From the NCBI RefSeq assembly GCF_000023205.1, contig NC_012803.1:1770001-1802000 (forward strand): a stretch of DNA of 32,000 nt, written 5' to 3'. The translations under genes were made by a program, and so were the position numbers. Origin of the DNA: Micrococcus luteus NCTC 2665. Lineage in GTDB: Bacteria > Actinomycetota > Actinomycetes > Actinomycetales > Micrococcaceae. Below the pieces are notes generated by a model that searched no databases, was not told the DNA's origin, and saw nothing but the letters and a program-made list of their open reading frames with translations. Below, piece by piece: positions 17,076 to 26,200 of this stretch. The stretch's first letter is position 1. Every line of letters starts with the position of its first letter.

Positions 17076-18917
17076 GTGCCCGTGGACACCCCGCAGGACC
17101 CGCCCCGCCGGGACGACCTCGCCGGCGGCCCCGTGGAGCCGGCCGTCGACGCCGCCCTGGACCGGGTGCACGCCCTGCTCCGGCAGGCCCGCGTCACCGC
17201 GGCGCCCGACGCCCCGACCGCCCTGGACGCCCGCGGCTGGTGGGAGCTCTCCCTCGAGGCCGCGCTGCGCGACGAGCCCCGGGAGTCCGCCCGCCTCGCC
17301 GACTCCGGCCTCGCCGCGCTCGTGCCCGGCCAGGACGACGTCCGCCTCGCCCTGCTGCGGGCGCTCGCGGTCGCCGCGGGCCAGGTCGGGGACGAGGCGG
17401 CCCTGACCCGCTGGGTGGAGGCCCGGGCGGCGCTGCTGCGCCACCTCGGCCGGCCCCGGCAGGCCGGGCTCGAATCCCAGCTCGGTGCCGCCCTCGTGCG
17501 TGATCCGGACACGGTCGAGGCGGCGGTGCTGGCCGGCGTCGTGGAGGACGAGCCGGGCGCTCCCGGCGAGGACCCCGGGGACACCGCCCTGCCCGAGGCC
17601 GCCCTGGCCCTGGCCGTGCACCGCGTGCACACCGGGGACCTGGACGCCGCGCTCGAGCTGGCCCGCCGCGTCATCGCCGTCCTGGGCGGGCTGCGCGCGG
17701 CCGGTGCCCTGCTGCCCACCGGCTCGTGGTCCAGCGCGCATCTGCTGCTCGCCCGCCTGCACCTGTGGCGGGGCGAGCACGCCGAGGCGGACGCGGCGGC
17801 CGCCGTCGTCACCGCGCTGCCCGCCGCCCGGGCCGTCCTGGCCTCCGCCACCACGGTGCGGGCGATCGCCGCCCACGAGCTGGACCGTCCGACGGCGGCC
17901 CTCGACCTGGCGCTCGAGGCGGCGGAGCGGATGGCCTCGGTCGGGCTGCGGCGCGGCGCCGCCTCCGCGGCGGCCCTGGCCGGGCGCGTGGCCGGCGACC
18001 TCGACGGGTACGAGGAGGTCGCCGTGGCCGCGTGGGAGCTGGCCTCCGTGCACGCGGAGAAGGCCGAGGCGCCGGAGGCCTCGAGCCTGAGCTACTGGTG
18101 GGCGCACCAGCTCGTGCTCGCCGGCCGCGCCGACGAGGCCGAGCCCCTGCTCGCCCGGCTGGTGCGCCGCGAGGCCACCCACGGCCGGGACGTCGAGCAG
18201 GCCCGTGCCCTCGTGGACCTCGGTCACGCCCACCACGACCAGGACCGCGCCGAGAACGCGCTGCCCCTGTGGCGGGAGGCGGCCGGCCTGTTCGAGGCCC
18301 ACGGCCAGTGGGAGGACGCCGCGCGCACGCTCCTGGCCGCCGGCGCCCTCGTGAACCGCGAGCGCGACGAACGCACCCGGCCCTCCGCCCTCGACCTGTT
18401 CGAGCGGGCGGTCGCGGCCGCGCGCCAGGCGGTGGACGAGGACCCGGCGGTGCTGCCGGCCGCGCTGCACGCGCACGGGTACCTGCTGTGCGAGTCCGGC
18501 CAGGCGGAGGGCCTCGACCTCCTCGAGGAGGCGCTCGCCCTCGTGCGGGACGCCGGCGCCGACTGGCAGGTGGCCGACTACACGGACACCCGCGCCCGTG
18601 CCCTGTGGTCGCTCGAGCGGGGGCCGGAGGCGATCGCCACCGCGCTGCAGGCCGCCGACCTGTTCACCGCCGCCGGGGACCGCGAGGGCGCCGCGCAGGC
18701 CGAGCTCTTCGCCGCCTACGTGGTGGCCGAGGACGGCAGCCCCGAGCAGGCCGCGACGCTCTTCCGCCTGGTGTGCGAGTCCACCGAGTCCACGCTCGTG
18801 CGCCTCGGGGCGCTCACGGGCCTGCACCAGTGCCTGTCCGCCCTCGGGGACCACGACGGCGCCGCGCGCGTGCGGGACGAGCTCGACGCGCTCCGGGAGG
18901 GGCTCGGCGCGGACTGA
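17076..18917 (+). CDS. hypothetical all-alpha, TPR-like repeat protein, 613 aa
   Basis: GTG 17076 preceded by GGAAGGAG. Third-position GC near 100% in the first 40 codons read. Ala/Leu-rich helical repeats (e.g. ALPLWREAAGLFEAHGQWEDAARTLLAAG). No catalytic or P-loop motif seen. Confidence 0.72.
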   Translation: MPVDTPQDPPRRDDLAGGPVEPAVDAALDRVHALLRQARVTAAPDAPTALDARGWWELSLEAALRDEPRESARLADSGLAALVPGQDDVRLALLRALAVAAGQVGDEAALTRWVEARAALLRHLGRPRQAGLESQLGAALVRDPDTVEAAVLAGVVEDEPGAPGEDPGDTALPEAALALAVHRVHTGDLDAALELARRVIAVLGGLRAAGALLPTGSWSSAHLLLARLHLWRGEHAEADAAAAVVTALPAARAVLASATTVRAIAAHELDRPTAALDLALEAAERMASVGLRRGAASAAALAGRVAGDLDGYEEVAVAAWELASVHAEKAEAPEASSLSYWWAHQLVLAGRADEAEPLLARLVRREATHGRDVEQARALVDLGHAHHDQDRAENALPLWREAAGLFEAHGQWEDAARTLLAAGALVNRERDERTRPSALDLFERAVAAARQAVDEDPAVLPAALHAHGYLLCESGQAEGLDLLEEALALVRDAGADWQVADYTDTRARALWSLERGPEAIATALQAADLFTAAGDREGAAQAELFAAYVVAEDGSPEQAATLFRLVCESTESTLVRLGALTGLHQCLSALGDHDGAARVRDELDALREGLGAD

Positions 18918-18968
18918 CCGCCGGTCGAGGTGGCGGCCCGGCCCGACTGTGGCGGCGGCCGTCGCGGC

Positions 18969-20204
18969 TCAGAGGCCGACGCGGGCCAGGACGGCGTCGG
19001 CGGCGGCCCGGCGGGCGGCCCGCACGGCGCGGGGCGCGGTCGGCTGCGCCGCGAGGGCGGCGAGCACGATCGCGACGCGGGCGGCCAGCGCCGCCGCGTC
19101 GACCTCGGTGCGGGCGTGGCGTCGGAACCGTGCGGCCACGGCGCGCAACGCGGCGCCGCCGGCGCCGAGGTCCACGGCGCCCGCCTCGAGATGGGCGATC
19201 AGGACGGCCCAGTCGTCCACGCGGTGCCCCATGCCCAGGTCGTCGGCGTCCAGCACGCCGGTGATCCGCTCCCCCGCCGCGTCCACGTGCAGGTTCCCCG
19301 GGTGCAGGTCGCCGTGCACGGGCACACGTGGGCCGGGATCCCCGGCCGCGAGCGCCGCGCGGAGCCGGTCGGCCCGGGCGGCGACCTCGTCCTGGGCCTC
19401 GGGGTCCAGCACGACGGCGGCCCACGTGGCGTGCTCGAGCAGGACGGCGGGTCCGCCGTCGTCCGTGTCGGCGCACCCGGCCGCCCCGATCGTGGGGCCC
19501 GCCGGACCGGGGGGCTCCCCGGGCACCGGCGGCAGCCGGTCCAGCAGCGCGGCGACCCGCGCGGGGTCGAGGCCGGCGGCCTCGGGCCCGGCCAGCAGCG
19601 CCCGCCAGGGCAGGCCCGGCACGCTGGCGAGCGGGAGCACCCCGTGCTCCGGCGTCGCGAGGACGGCGGGCACCGGCACCCCGGCCGCCCCCGCCGCGGC
19701 CTGCCGCCGGGCGACCCGTGCGGCGCGCGCGGGCGGGAGCACCTTCAGGAACGTGCGGGCCACGACGCCGTCGTCGCCGGTCGCCTCGACGGCCAGGACC
19801 GCGCGGTCCCGCGGCCGGTAGCCGCGCCACGTGAGACGGGCCCGGCCCGGCACCGTGCCGAGCAGGGCCGCGAGCGCGTCCGGGTCGGCGGTCAGCGTGA
19901 GGCCCGGCAGGACGGGGTCGGCGGGGGCCCACCACCACAGGGTGCCGTCCTCCAGGACCCCGCGCTCGCCCGGGACGGGCGGGCACGCCGCGGCGGGGGC
20001 GGCGGGGTGCCGGGGGTCGCGGGCGAGGACGAGGGTGCGGGAGCGCACGCGGGCGTCGCCCGCGCGTCCGGTCATCACGTCCAGGTCCAGGACGCGCGCG
20101 AGCCGACGTCCCCGCTGCAGGTGCAGGGCGTCGGCTCGCGTGCGCAGCCAGCGCTCACCCGACGCGCGGACGGCCTGGCGCGCGGCGGCTCGGTCGATGC
20201 TCAC
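18969..20204 (-). CDS. aminoglycoside-phosphotransferase (APH)/choline-kinase family kinase-like protein
   Basis: Catalytic loop VHGDLHPGNLHV and metal-binding ITGVLDADDLGMGHRVDDWA are intact. GTG start 20204..20202. Confidence 0.8.
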   Translation of the reverse strand: MSIDRAAARQAVRASGERWLRTRADALHLQRGRRLARVLDLDVMTGRAGDARVRSRTLVLARDPRHPAAPAAACPPVPGERGVLEDGTLWWWAPADPVLPGLTLTADPDALAALLGTVPGRARLTWRGYRPRDRAVLAVEATGDDGVVARTFLKVLPPARAARVARRQAAAGAAGVPVPAVLATPEHGVLPLASVPGLPWRALLAGPEAAGLDPARVAALLDRLPPVPGEPPGPAGPTIGAAGCADTDDGGPAVLLEHATWAAVVLDPEAQDEVAARADRLRAALAAGDPGPRVPVHGDLHPGNLHVDAAGERITGVLDADDLGMGHRVDDWAVLIAHLEAGAVDLGAGGAALRAVAARFRRHARTEVDAAALAARVAIVLAALAAQPTAPRAVRAARRAAADAVLARVGL

Positions 20205-20226
20205 GGGCGCGTCCGCCCGGCGGGGC

Positions 20227-21147
20227 TCAGCCGGCCCGGCGCCGCGCCAGGACGTTGTCCAGGTCCAGGGCGGCGATGTCCTGCTCGGCGGCGGCGCTGA
20301 TCTGATCGTCCGCCGTGCGCGCGGCGTCCTGGAGCCGGGTGTCCGAGCCGCCGGGGGCGGGGGTCTCGAGCGGCGTCGGCAGGGGGCGGGCCATCTCCGG
20401 GGCGTCCAGGTAGGTGGGGCGCGGCACCGCGGGGATGGTCACGACGCGATCCGCTGCGGGAGCGGCGGAGGAGGCGGTCACCACCACGGGCTCGACCCGG
20501 GGTGCGGCGGGAGCGGCGGCCGGACGCGGCGCCTCGGTCTCGAAGGCCAGCACGGTCTCCAGCACGCGGCGGTCCCGCTCGGGGTCCGCGGGCGGGGCCT
20601 GCCGCTCCTCGACCGCCGGGGCGGCGGGGCGCTCCGGGGCGACGACGGCGGCCGGCCGGGCGCGTCGGGTGCAGTCGCGGACCGCGAGGGCCCGCAGTCC
20701 GGCCAGCCCGGCCGCGGCGAACAGGAGCGACCAGCCGGCCAGGGACAGCGTGCCCGCGCCGAACGCCGCGGCGACCCCGGCCACGAGGAACACGAGCAGG
20801 GCCACGAGGGCGGTGAGGAACAGCGCCGTGCGCCCCCACCGGATGCGCAGGCCGGTCCGGCCGCGGGCGGTGCGCGCCGCGTCGGCGGCGGCGCTCAGGC
20901 GGCCCGAGAACCGGGCGCTCAGGGCACGGACGGCGGGCGAGCTCTGCAGGCGGTGCATGAAGGACCTCGGCATCGACGGGCGGGCGGGGGCGGACGCGAG
21001 ACGATGGCGGCGCAGCACGAGCCGCCAGGCCAGGAAGGCCACGAGGGCCACGAGGGCCACCATGACCAGCGACGCGCTCACCCGGGCGTCGGCCAGCGCG
21101 TCGAGCGCGGCCTGCACAGCCGTCGTCGGCGCGGTGGTCTCGTCCAT
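20227..21147 (-). CDS. hypothetical membrane protein, 306 aa
   Basis: Three hydrophobic helices (SLVMVALVALVAFLAW, ALFLTALVALLVFLVAGVAAAF, LAGWSLLFAAAGLAGL) followed by a Pro/Ala-rich tail. The other frames here are R/G/P-rich artefacts. Confidence 0.6.
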   Translation of the reverse strand: MDETTAPTTAVQAALDALADARVSASLVMVALVALVAFLAWRLVLRRHRLASAPARPSMPRSFMHRLQSSPAVRALSARFSGRLSAAADAARTARGRTGLRIRWGRTALFLTALVALLVFLVAGVAAAFGAGTLSLAGWSLLFAAAGLAGLRALAVRDCTRRARPAAVVAPERPAAPAVEERQAPPADPERDRRVLETVLAFETEAPRPAAAPAAPRVEPVVVTASSAAPAADRVVTIPAVPRPTYLDAPEMARPLPTPLETPAPGGSDTRLQDAARTADDQISAAAEQDIAALDLDNVLARRRAG

Positions 21148-21224
21148 GCGGTCAGCCTAGCGCCGGGGGCGGACCGGTCCGGCCATGGGGGCGTGTCCGC
21201 ACTCGGCGTGTCCCGCCGGGCCGC

Positions 21225-21884
21225 TCAGGGGCGCGGCCGAGAGGCCAGCCACCGGACCAGCAGGCCGTCGGGGACCTCCTCGGCGGTCACCGCGAACGTC
21301 CGGTGGTCCCGCCAGGCGCCGTCCACGTGCAGGTACGCGCGCCGCAGGCCCTCGTCGCGCAGGCCGAGCTTCGCCACGACCCGCAGGCTGGCCGCGTTCT
21401 CCGGGCGGATGTTGACCTCGACCCGGTGCAGACCGGCGCTGCGGAACGCCCAGTCCGTCGCCATGGCCACGGCCGTCGGCGTCAGCCCCCGGCCGGCTTC
21501 GCGACGGTCGATCCAGTAGCCGATCGAGCCGGAGAGCACCGAGCCGTACTGGATCCCGCCCAGGGACAGCAGCCCCACCAGGCGGTCCCGGTCCGGGCGG
21601 TCGTCGTCGAGGACCACGCCCCACGTGTAGGCGCTGCCGTCCCGGCCCTGGCGGCCGTGCCAGCGGACCATCTGCCCGAACGACGCCGGGCCCGCGCCCG
21701 GCACGGGGCTCGTGGCGTCCCACGGCGTCAGCCACTCCCGGTTGTGCGTCCGCTGCTCCTCCCACGCCTCCCGGTCCCGCCGCCGCAGCGGCCGCAGGGC
21801 GAGGGTGCCGTGCCGCAGGGTCACGGGCCAGGGGGAACGCTGCCAGGACATGGCGTCGATCCTATGCGCGGCCGGGCGCGGCAC
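21225..21884 (-). CDS. GNAT family N-acetyltransferase, RimJ/RimL-like
   Basis: REAWEEQRTHNREWLTPWDATSP...IGYWIDRREAGRGLTPTAVAMATDWAF is typical of ribosomal-protein-alanine acetyltransferase-like GNATs. An alternative start is ATG 21851 (MSWQRSP). Confidence 0.85.
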   Translation of the reverse strand: MPRPAAHRIDAMSWQRSPWPVTLRHGTLALRPLRRRDREAWEEQRTHNREWLTPWDATSPVPGAGPASFGQMVRWHGRQGRDGSAYTWGVVLDDDRPDRDRLVGLLSLGGIQYGSVLSGSIGYWIDRREAGRGLTPTAVAMATDWAFRSAGLHRVEVNIRPENAASLRVVAKLGLRDEGLRRAYLHVDGAWRDHRTFAVTAEEVPDGLLVRWLASRPRP

Positions 21885-21910
21885 ACCGGTGCGGCGGGCA
21901 TCATGGGGAC

Positions 21911-22576
21911 ATGCGCACTCCCCCTCCCGTGCCCGAGCCCGCCGCCACGGGCCCCGTCGCCGGCGTCGACGACGTCGTGGACGCCAAGGCCGCCCTGCGT
22001 GCCCGCCTGCGCACCGCCCGCCGCGAGCGCTCCCCCGCGCGCCGCGCCGCCGAGTCCGCGGCCGCCGTTGAGCACCTGTGGGCGTGGCTGGGTCCGCGCG
22101 TGGCCGCGGCGACCGCGGACGGGACCGCCCCGGTGGTGGCCACCGTGCTGCCGATGGCCACCGAGCCGGACACCGGTGTGCTCCGCGCCCGCCTGCTGGC
22201 CGCGGGGGCGCGGGTGCTCGTCCCCGTGATCGAGCCGGAACGTCGCCTCAGCTGGGCTCCGTGGCACCCGGAGGCCGCGACGGCGCGCGCCGCGAACGCC
22301 CCCGTGGACGAGCCCGTGGGCGAACGACTCGGGTCCGACGCGCTGGCGGCGGCGACCGCGGTGGTCATGCCGGCGCTCGCGGTGGCCGAGGACGGGATGC
22401 GCCTGGGCCAGGGCGGGGGCTACTACGACCGCTTCCTCGCCGAGCTGCCGCGGAGCGTGCCGACCGTGGCCCTCGTGTTCGAGGACGAGCTGCTGCCGGC
22501 GGGCGCCATCCCCGCCGAGCCCACGGACCGGCCCGTGGACGGCGTCGTCACCGCGGCCGGGCTGCGCTGGGTCTGA
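21911..22576 (+). CDS. 5-formyltetrahydrofolate cyclo-ligase
   Basis: KAALRARLRTARR N-terminal region and MRLGQGGGYYDRFL motif. Confidence 0.88.
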   Translation: MRTPPPVPEPAATGPVAGVDDVVDAKAALRARLRTARRERSPARRAAESAAAVEHLWAWLGPRVAAATADGTAPVVATVLPMATEPDTGVLRARLLAAGARVLVPVIEPERRLSWAPWHPEAATARAANAPVDEPVGERLGSDALAAATAVVMPALAVAEDGMRLGQGGGYYDRFLAELPRSVPTVALVFEDELLPAGAIPAEPTDRPVDGVVTAAGLRWV

Positions 22577-22663
22577 GCCCGGCCCGCGGCGCGGAGTAGC
22601 ATCGGGGGTCGGATCCCCCAGAACCGCGCGCCCCGGCGCGCCCCGAGCGAGCTGGAGCTGAGC

Positions 22664-22942
22664 ATGCCCACCTACGCCTACCGCTGCAAGGACTGCGGCC
22701 ACGCCTTCGACGTCGTCCAGGCCTTCACCGACGACGCCCTCACTGAGTGCCCCGCGTGCGGCGGCGTCCTGCGCAAGCAGTACGGCTCGGTCGGCGTGAG
22801 CTTCAAGGGCTCCGGGTTCTACCGGACCGACTCGCGCTCCGGCACGGGCGGCACCGGCTCGGCCGGCGGATCGACCTCGGACTCGGCCGCCGGGTCCTCG
22901 ACGTCCTCGACGTCGTCCTCGTCCTCCCCCGCCGCGGACTGA
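22664..22942 (+). CDS. FmdB-family CxxC...CxxC zinc-ribbon protein with Ser/Gly/Thr-rich disordered tail
   Basis: MPTYAYRCKDCGHAFDVVQAFTDDALTECPACGG...KGSGFY, then a low-complexity S/G/T tail. GGAG lies 6 nt before the ATG. Confidence 0.9.
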   Translation: MPTYAYRCKDCGHAFDVVQAFTDDALTECPACGGVLRKQYGSVGVSFKGSGFYRTDSRSGTGGTGSAGGSTSDSAAGSSTSSTSSSSSPAAD

Positions 22943-22943
22943 C

Positions 22944-22961
22944 CCGGCCGCATCGGGCCGG
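22944..22961. terminator. short GC hairpin in the 20-nt convergent gap
   Basis: ccggcc (22944..22949), loop gcatcg, ggccgg (22956..22961). Confidence 0.35.
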
Positions 22962-22962
22962 C

Positions 22963-23202
22963 TCAGCCCCAGTGGGGCGGGCGCTGCTCGCGCAGCCAGC
23001 GGTCGCGCTCGGCCTCGGCCGGGCCGGACTCGACCCCGGCCACGTCCCCGGTCGGCGCCGTCGCCGGCGACGTCCCGGCCTGCCCGATCAGCCGGGGCAT
23101 CCCGGGCAGGCGCGGCTCGCGACCGTCGGCGGATGCCGGGCCGGTGCCCGGGGCGTCCGCCCGGCGCGGGCCGCGGCGGCGCGGCGCGCCGTCAGCGGGC
23201 AT
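22963..23202 (-). CDS. candidate small protein, 79 aa (MPADGAPRRRG...AEAERDRWLREQRPPHWG)
   Basis: By hand count 76 of 79 third codon positions are G/C. In 22963..23040 the order is GC3 (100%) > GC1 (about 85%) > GC2 (about 65%), which fits this minus frame better than the co-phased plus frame. The ATG 23202..23200 overlaps the helicase-like gene stop by 11 nt. An alternative start is ATG 23100 (MPRLIGQ). Confidence 0.45.
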   Translation of the reverse strand: MPADGAPRRRGPRRADAPGTGPASADGREPRLPGMPRLIGQAGTSPATAPTGDVAGVESGPAEAERDRWLREQRPPHWG

Positions 23203-26200
23203 CGTCGTCGGTCTCGTCCGTCTCGTCCGCCGGCTCCACGCCCAGCCGGTCGGCCAGCTCGCGGGCCACGGACTCCGGGTCCGCGAACACGTCGATCGAC
23301 CACAGGGTCCGGGGCTCCCAGCCGCGGGCCTCGAGCCCCTCGGGCAGGGTCCGCGAGCGCTGCCGCACCGTGAGGGCGCGGTACACCTCGCCACCGTCGC
23401 CGGCCAGGGCCAGCGGACGGGGCACCTCGTCCTGGTCCGCGCGCGGATCGAGCACGGCCAGGTCCATGACGCCGGCGTAGCGGGGCAGGACCCGGGCGCC
23501 GTGCTCCTCGAGCCGGTCGCGCAGATCGGCCAGCAGCGGATCGCCCACCATGCCCACGGGGTCCGCGGCGTCGTCGCCCAGGTAGGCCTCGAGCAGCCGC
23601 AGGAACCAGAGGGCGCCGCCGTCGAGCCGGTCCTCGTCCAGGTCCGCGGCGCGCAGCGCCGAGACGAGGTGCAGGCGCCGGCGGGCACGGGTGAGCGCGA
23701 CCGTGACCATGCGCTCGCCGTCCGGGTCGGAGAAGGCGCCGAAGTGGTGCACCACGCGGCCGTGCGGGGTGCGGCCGTAGCCGGGGGTGAGGATCACGGC
23801 GTCGCGCACCACGGAGGCGGCGCGCACGACCGGCACGATCACGAACGGCTCGGCCTCGGCAGCGTCCTCGCCGCGGCCGCGGGCGAGGAACTCGTGGGCC
23901 CACGGCGCCTGCGCGGCCGTGGCCTGCACGGCGGCGGCCACCCGGCGGGCATGCTGCTCGGACACCGTGACCACGGCCAGGGACTGCTCGGGCCGGTCGC
24001 GGATGTGCTCGAACACCCGCTCCACGGTGCGGGCGACCTCGGCGTTCGTGGACTCGACCACGTCGCCGCCGGTCATCGGGATGCCGGTGCCCTCGGGCAG
24101 GTACTCGGCCGTGACGGCACGATCCCGGCCGGTGGCCTCGCCCGCGGTGGGCAGCGCGTCCAGGGCGCCGTCATAGGCGAGCGCGGAGAGCAGGCGCACG
24201 AGGCGCCGCTCGAGGGGGCGGTGCACGGTGCGCAGCGGCAGGGTGGGCAGCACCTCGTCCAGCGCGTCGTAGGCCGAGCGCAGCGGGCGCAGGGGCCCGG
24301 CGGTCGCCGTCGGGTCCACGGACACCTGGAACGACTGCGGGCGCCCGATGACCGGGTCGCCGAGGGCCACCACCTGGGGGGCGCGGGTGAGCGCGCCCAT
24401 CGCGGTGGCCAGGGCGGTCGCGTCGGCTTCCAGCAGCACGACGACGTCGGCGCGCCACTCCGGGGGGAACTCGGACAGGGCCATGGGCGAGGTGGTGAGC
24501 ACCGGCACGAGCGCCTGCAGGAGCTCGGGGGTGATCGTGGCCAGGGACTCGACCGTGGGGCTGCCCTGCTTGAGCAGGGTGCGCAGCACGGCCGCGTCCG
24601 CGCGATAGGTGCGCAGCGCCTCCCGCCAGCGCGCGGCCAGCGCGGCGGAGAGCCGGATGCCGCCGCGCTCGAGATGGGCGCGATCCAGGTCGCGGAACCC
24701 GCGCTCGACCTCGGCCAGGTCCGTGCCGCTCATCATGGCCAGGAAGTCGTCCCCGGAGATCATCGCCTCGAGCGCGGACTGCCACCACGCCAGCTCGAGC
24801 TCGGCGGTCAGGGCCTCGGTGGGCACCTCGCGGTCGCGCAGGTCCTCGAGCAGCTCCGCCAGGCCGTGGTCGCGCAGGCTGTCCAGCACGAGGGTGCGCT
24901 CGGGCAGCGTGGCCAGGGTGTCGCGGTCCGCCACCAGCCCGTCGACGGCGGCCACGAGGTCGTCCACGTCGCGCTCGTCCAGCGGCCCCTCGGCCACGGC
25001 CTCCGGGGCGAGGACGCCCTCGAGCCGGCGCAGGTGCTCGCGCACCTGGCCGACGTGGCCCATCACGTGCTCGCCCTGGTCCGGCACCTGCGGGGGCGTG
25101 CCCGGCTCGGCGGCGTGGCGGTTCCAGTCCTCCAGGACGGCGGCGGCGTCCACGAGGGCGCCGTGCAGGTCCGTGGGCTGCACGCCCGGGCGGACCGCGT
25201 CCTTCGCCGCGCGGCGCAGGCGGGACCGGGCCACCGAGGACATCTCGACCAGGTGGAGGCGCCGCCACGCGCTGGTGGCGGTCGCCGCGACCAGCTGCGG
25301 CACGTCGAGGGAGAACACCTCGGGGGTGAACTCGGTGAGGGTGCGGGCCACACGGCGGTAGAGGTCCGCCTGCTCCGCCCAGCCGGCCACCGTGCGCTCG
25401 GGGCGCAGGCCGGCCTGGGCGGCGGCGGTGTCCACGGCGCGCCGGGTGGTGTGCAGGGCCGCCGCCAGCTCGTCGGCCAGCTCCGAGGCGGCCTCGGTCT
25501 CCTGCACGTTGCGCACGCGGGCGCCGAACCAGCGGCTCTCGGTGGCGGCGGCGGAGAACGCGCCGAGCTCCCCGGCGCGCACGAGCTGCTCGCCCACGGC
25601 CTGCCGGTTCACGGTGGAGTCCAGCACGGAGCGCTTGAGGCGCACGGTGGTGGCCGGCGGCGTCTCGAGCCCGGTCAGGGCGGCCAGGGCCTGCATCGCC
25701 TGGAACGGCGAGCAGCCCCAGCGGGGGCGGACGTGGTGCAGCGAGCCGACGTGCTCCTGCAGCCGGCGCCGCCGTTCGGTCAGTGCGGCCTCGTCCCGGG
25801 CGGTGTCGGGGTCCACGGCCCGCTCGGAGCGCAGGACGGCCTGCACGAGCTGGCGGCGGAGCAGCTCGGGGTCCGCGTTGGCGGGCACATGGAGCGCGAT
25901 CGAGCGCAGGTCCGCCTCCTCGAGGCGGTCGAGCACGTCGGCCAGGGCGGCGGAACGCTCGGCCACGACCAGCACGCGCCGGCCCTCCCAGGCCAGGCGT
26001 GCGGCCAGGGCGGCGGCGGTCTGGGTCTGCCCGGTGCCGGGGGCGGCCGCCACCACGAGGGACTCCCCCGCCGCGGCGTGCTCGAGCACGCGCGCCTGGG
26101 CGGCGTCGACGTCCAGGACGAGACGCTCGTCCGCCGGGGCGACGTCGTCCTCCGCGAGCGCGCCCGTGGGCTGCAGCGCCGCCGGGCGCGGCACCATGCC

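Noticed and set aside
17485-21519. Cluster of 400 to 560-aa R/P/G-rich ORFs (17726..19264, 18598..19821, 18814..19986, 18930..20300, 19831..21519)
   Set aside because: All are off-frame or antisense to the TPR-like, APH-like and membrane-protein genes. Their composition is extreme (poly-Arg/Pro/Gly) and no motifs are present.
22940-23191. Stop-codon read-through of the FmdB gene into the long open plus frame that continues in phase after its TGA
   Set aside because: The downstream plus frame is the antisense artefact of the helicase-like gene. The GC1/GC2 order in 22963..23040 fits the minus frame instead. There is no read-through context or conserved-looking peptide.
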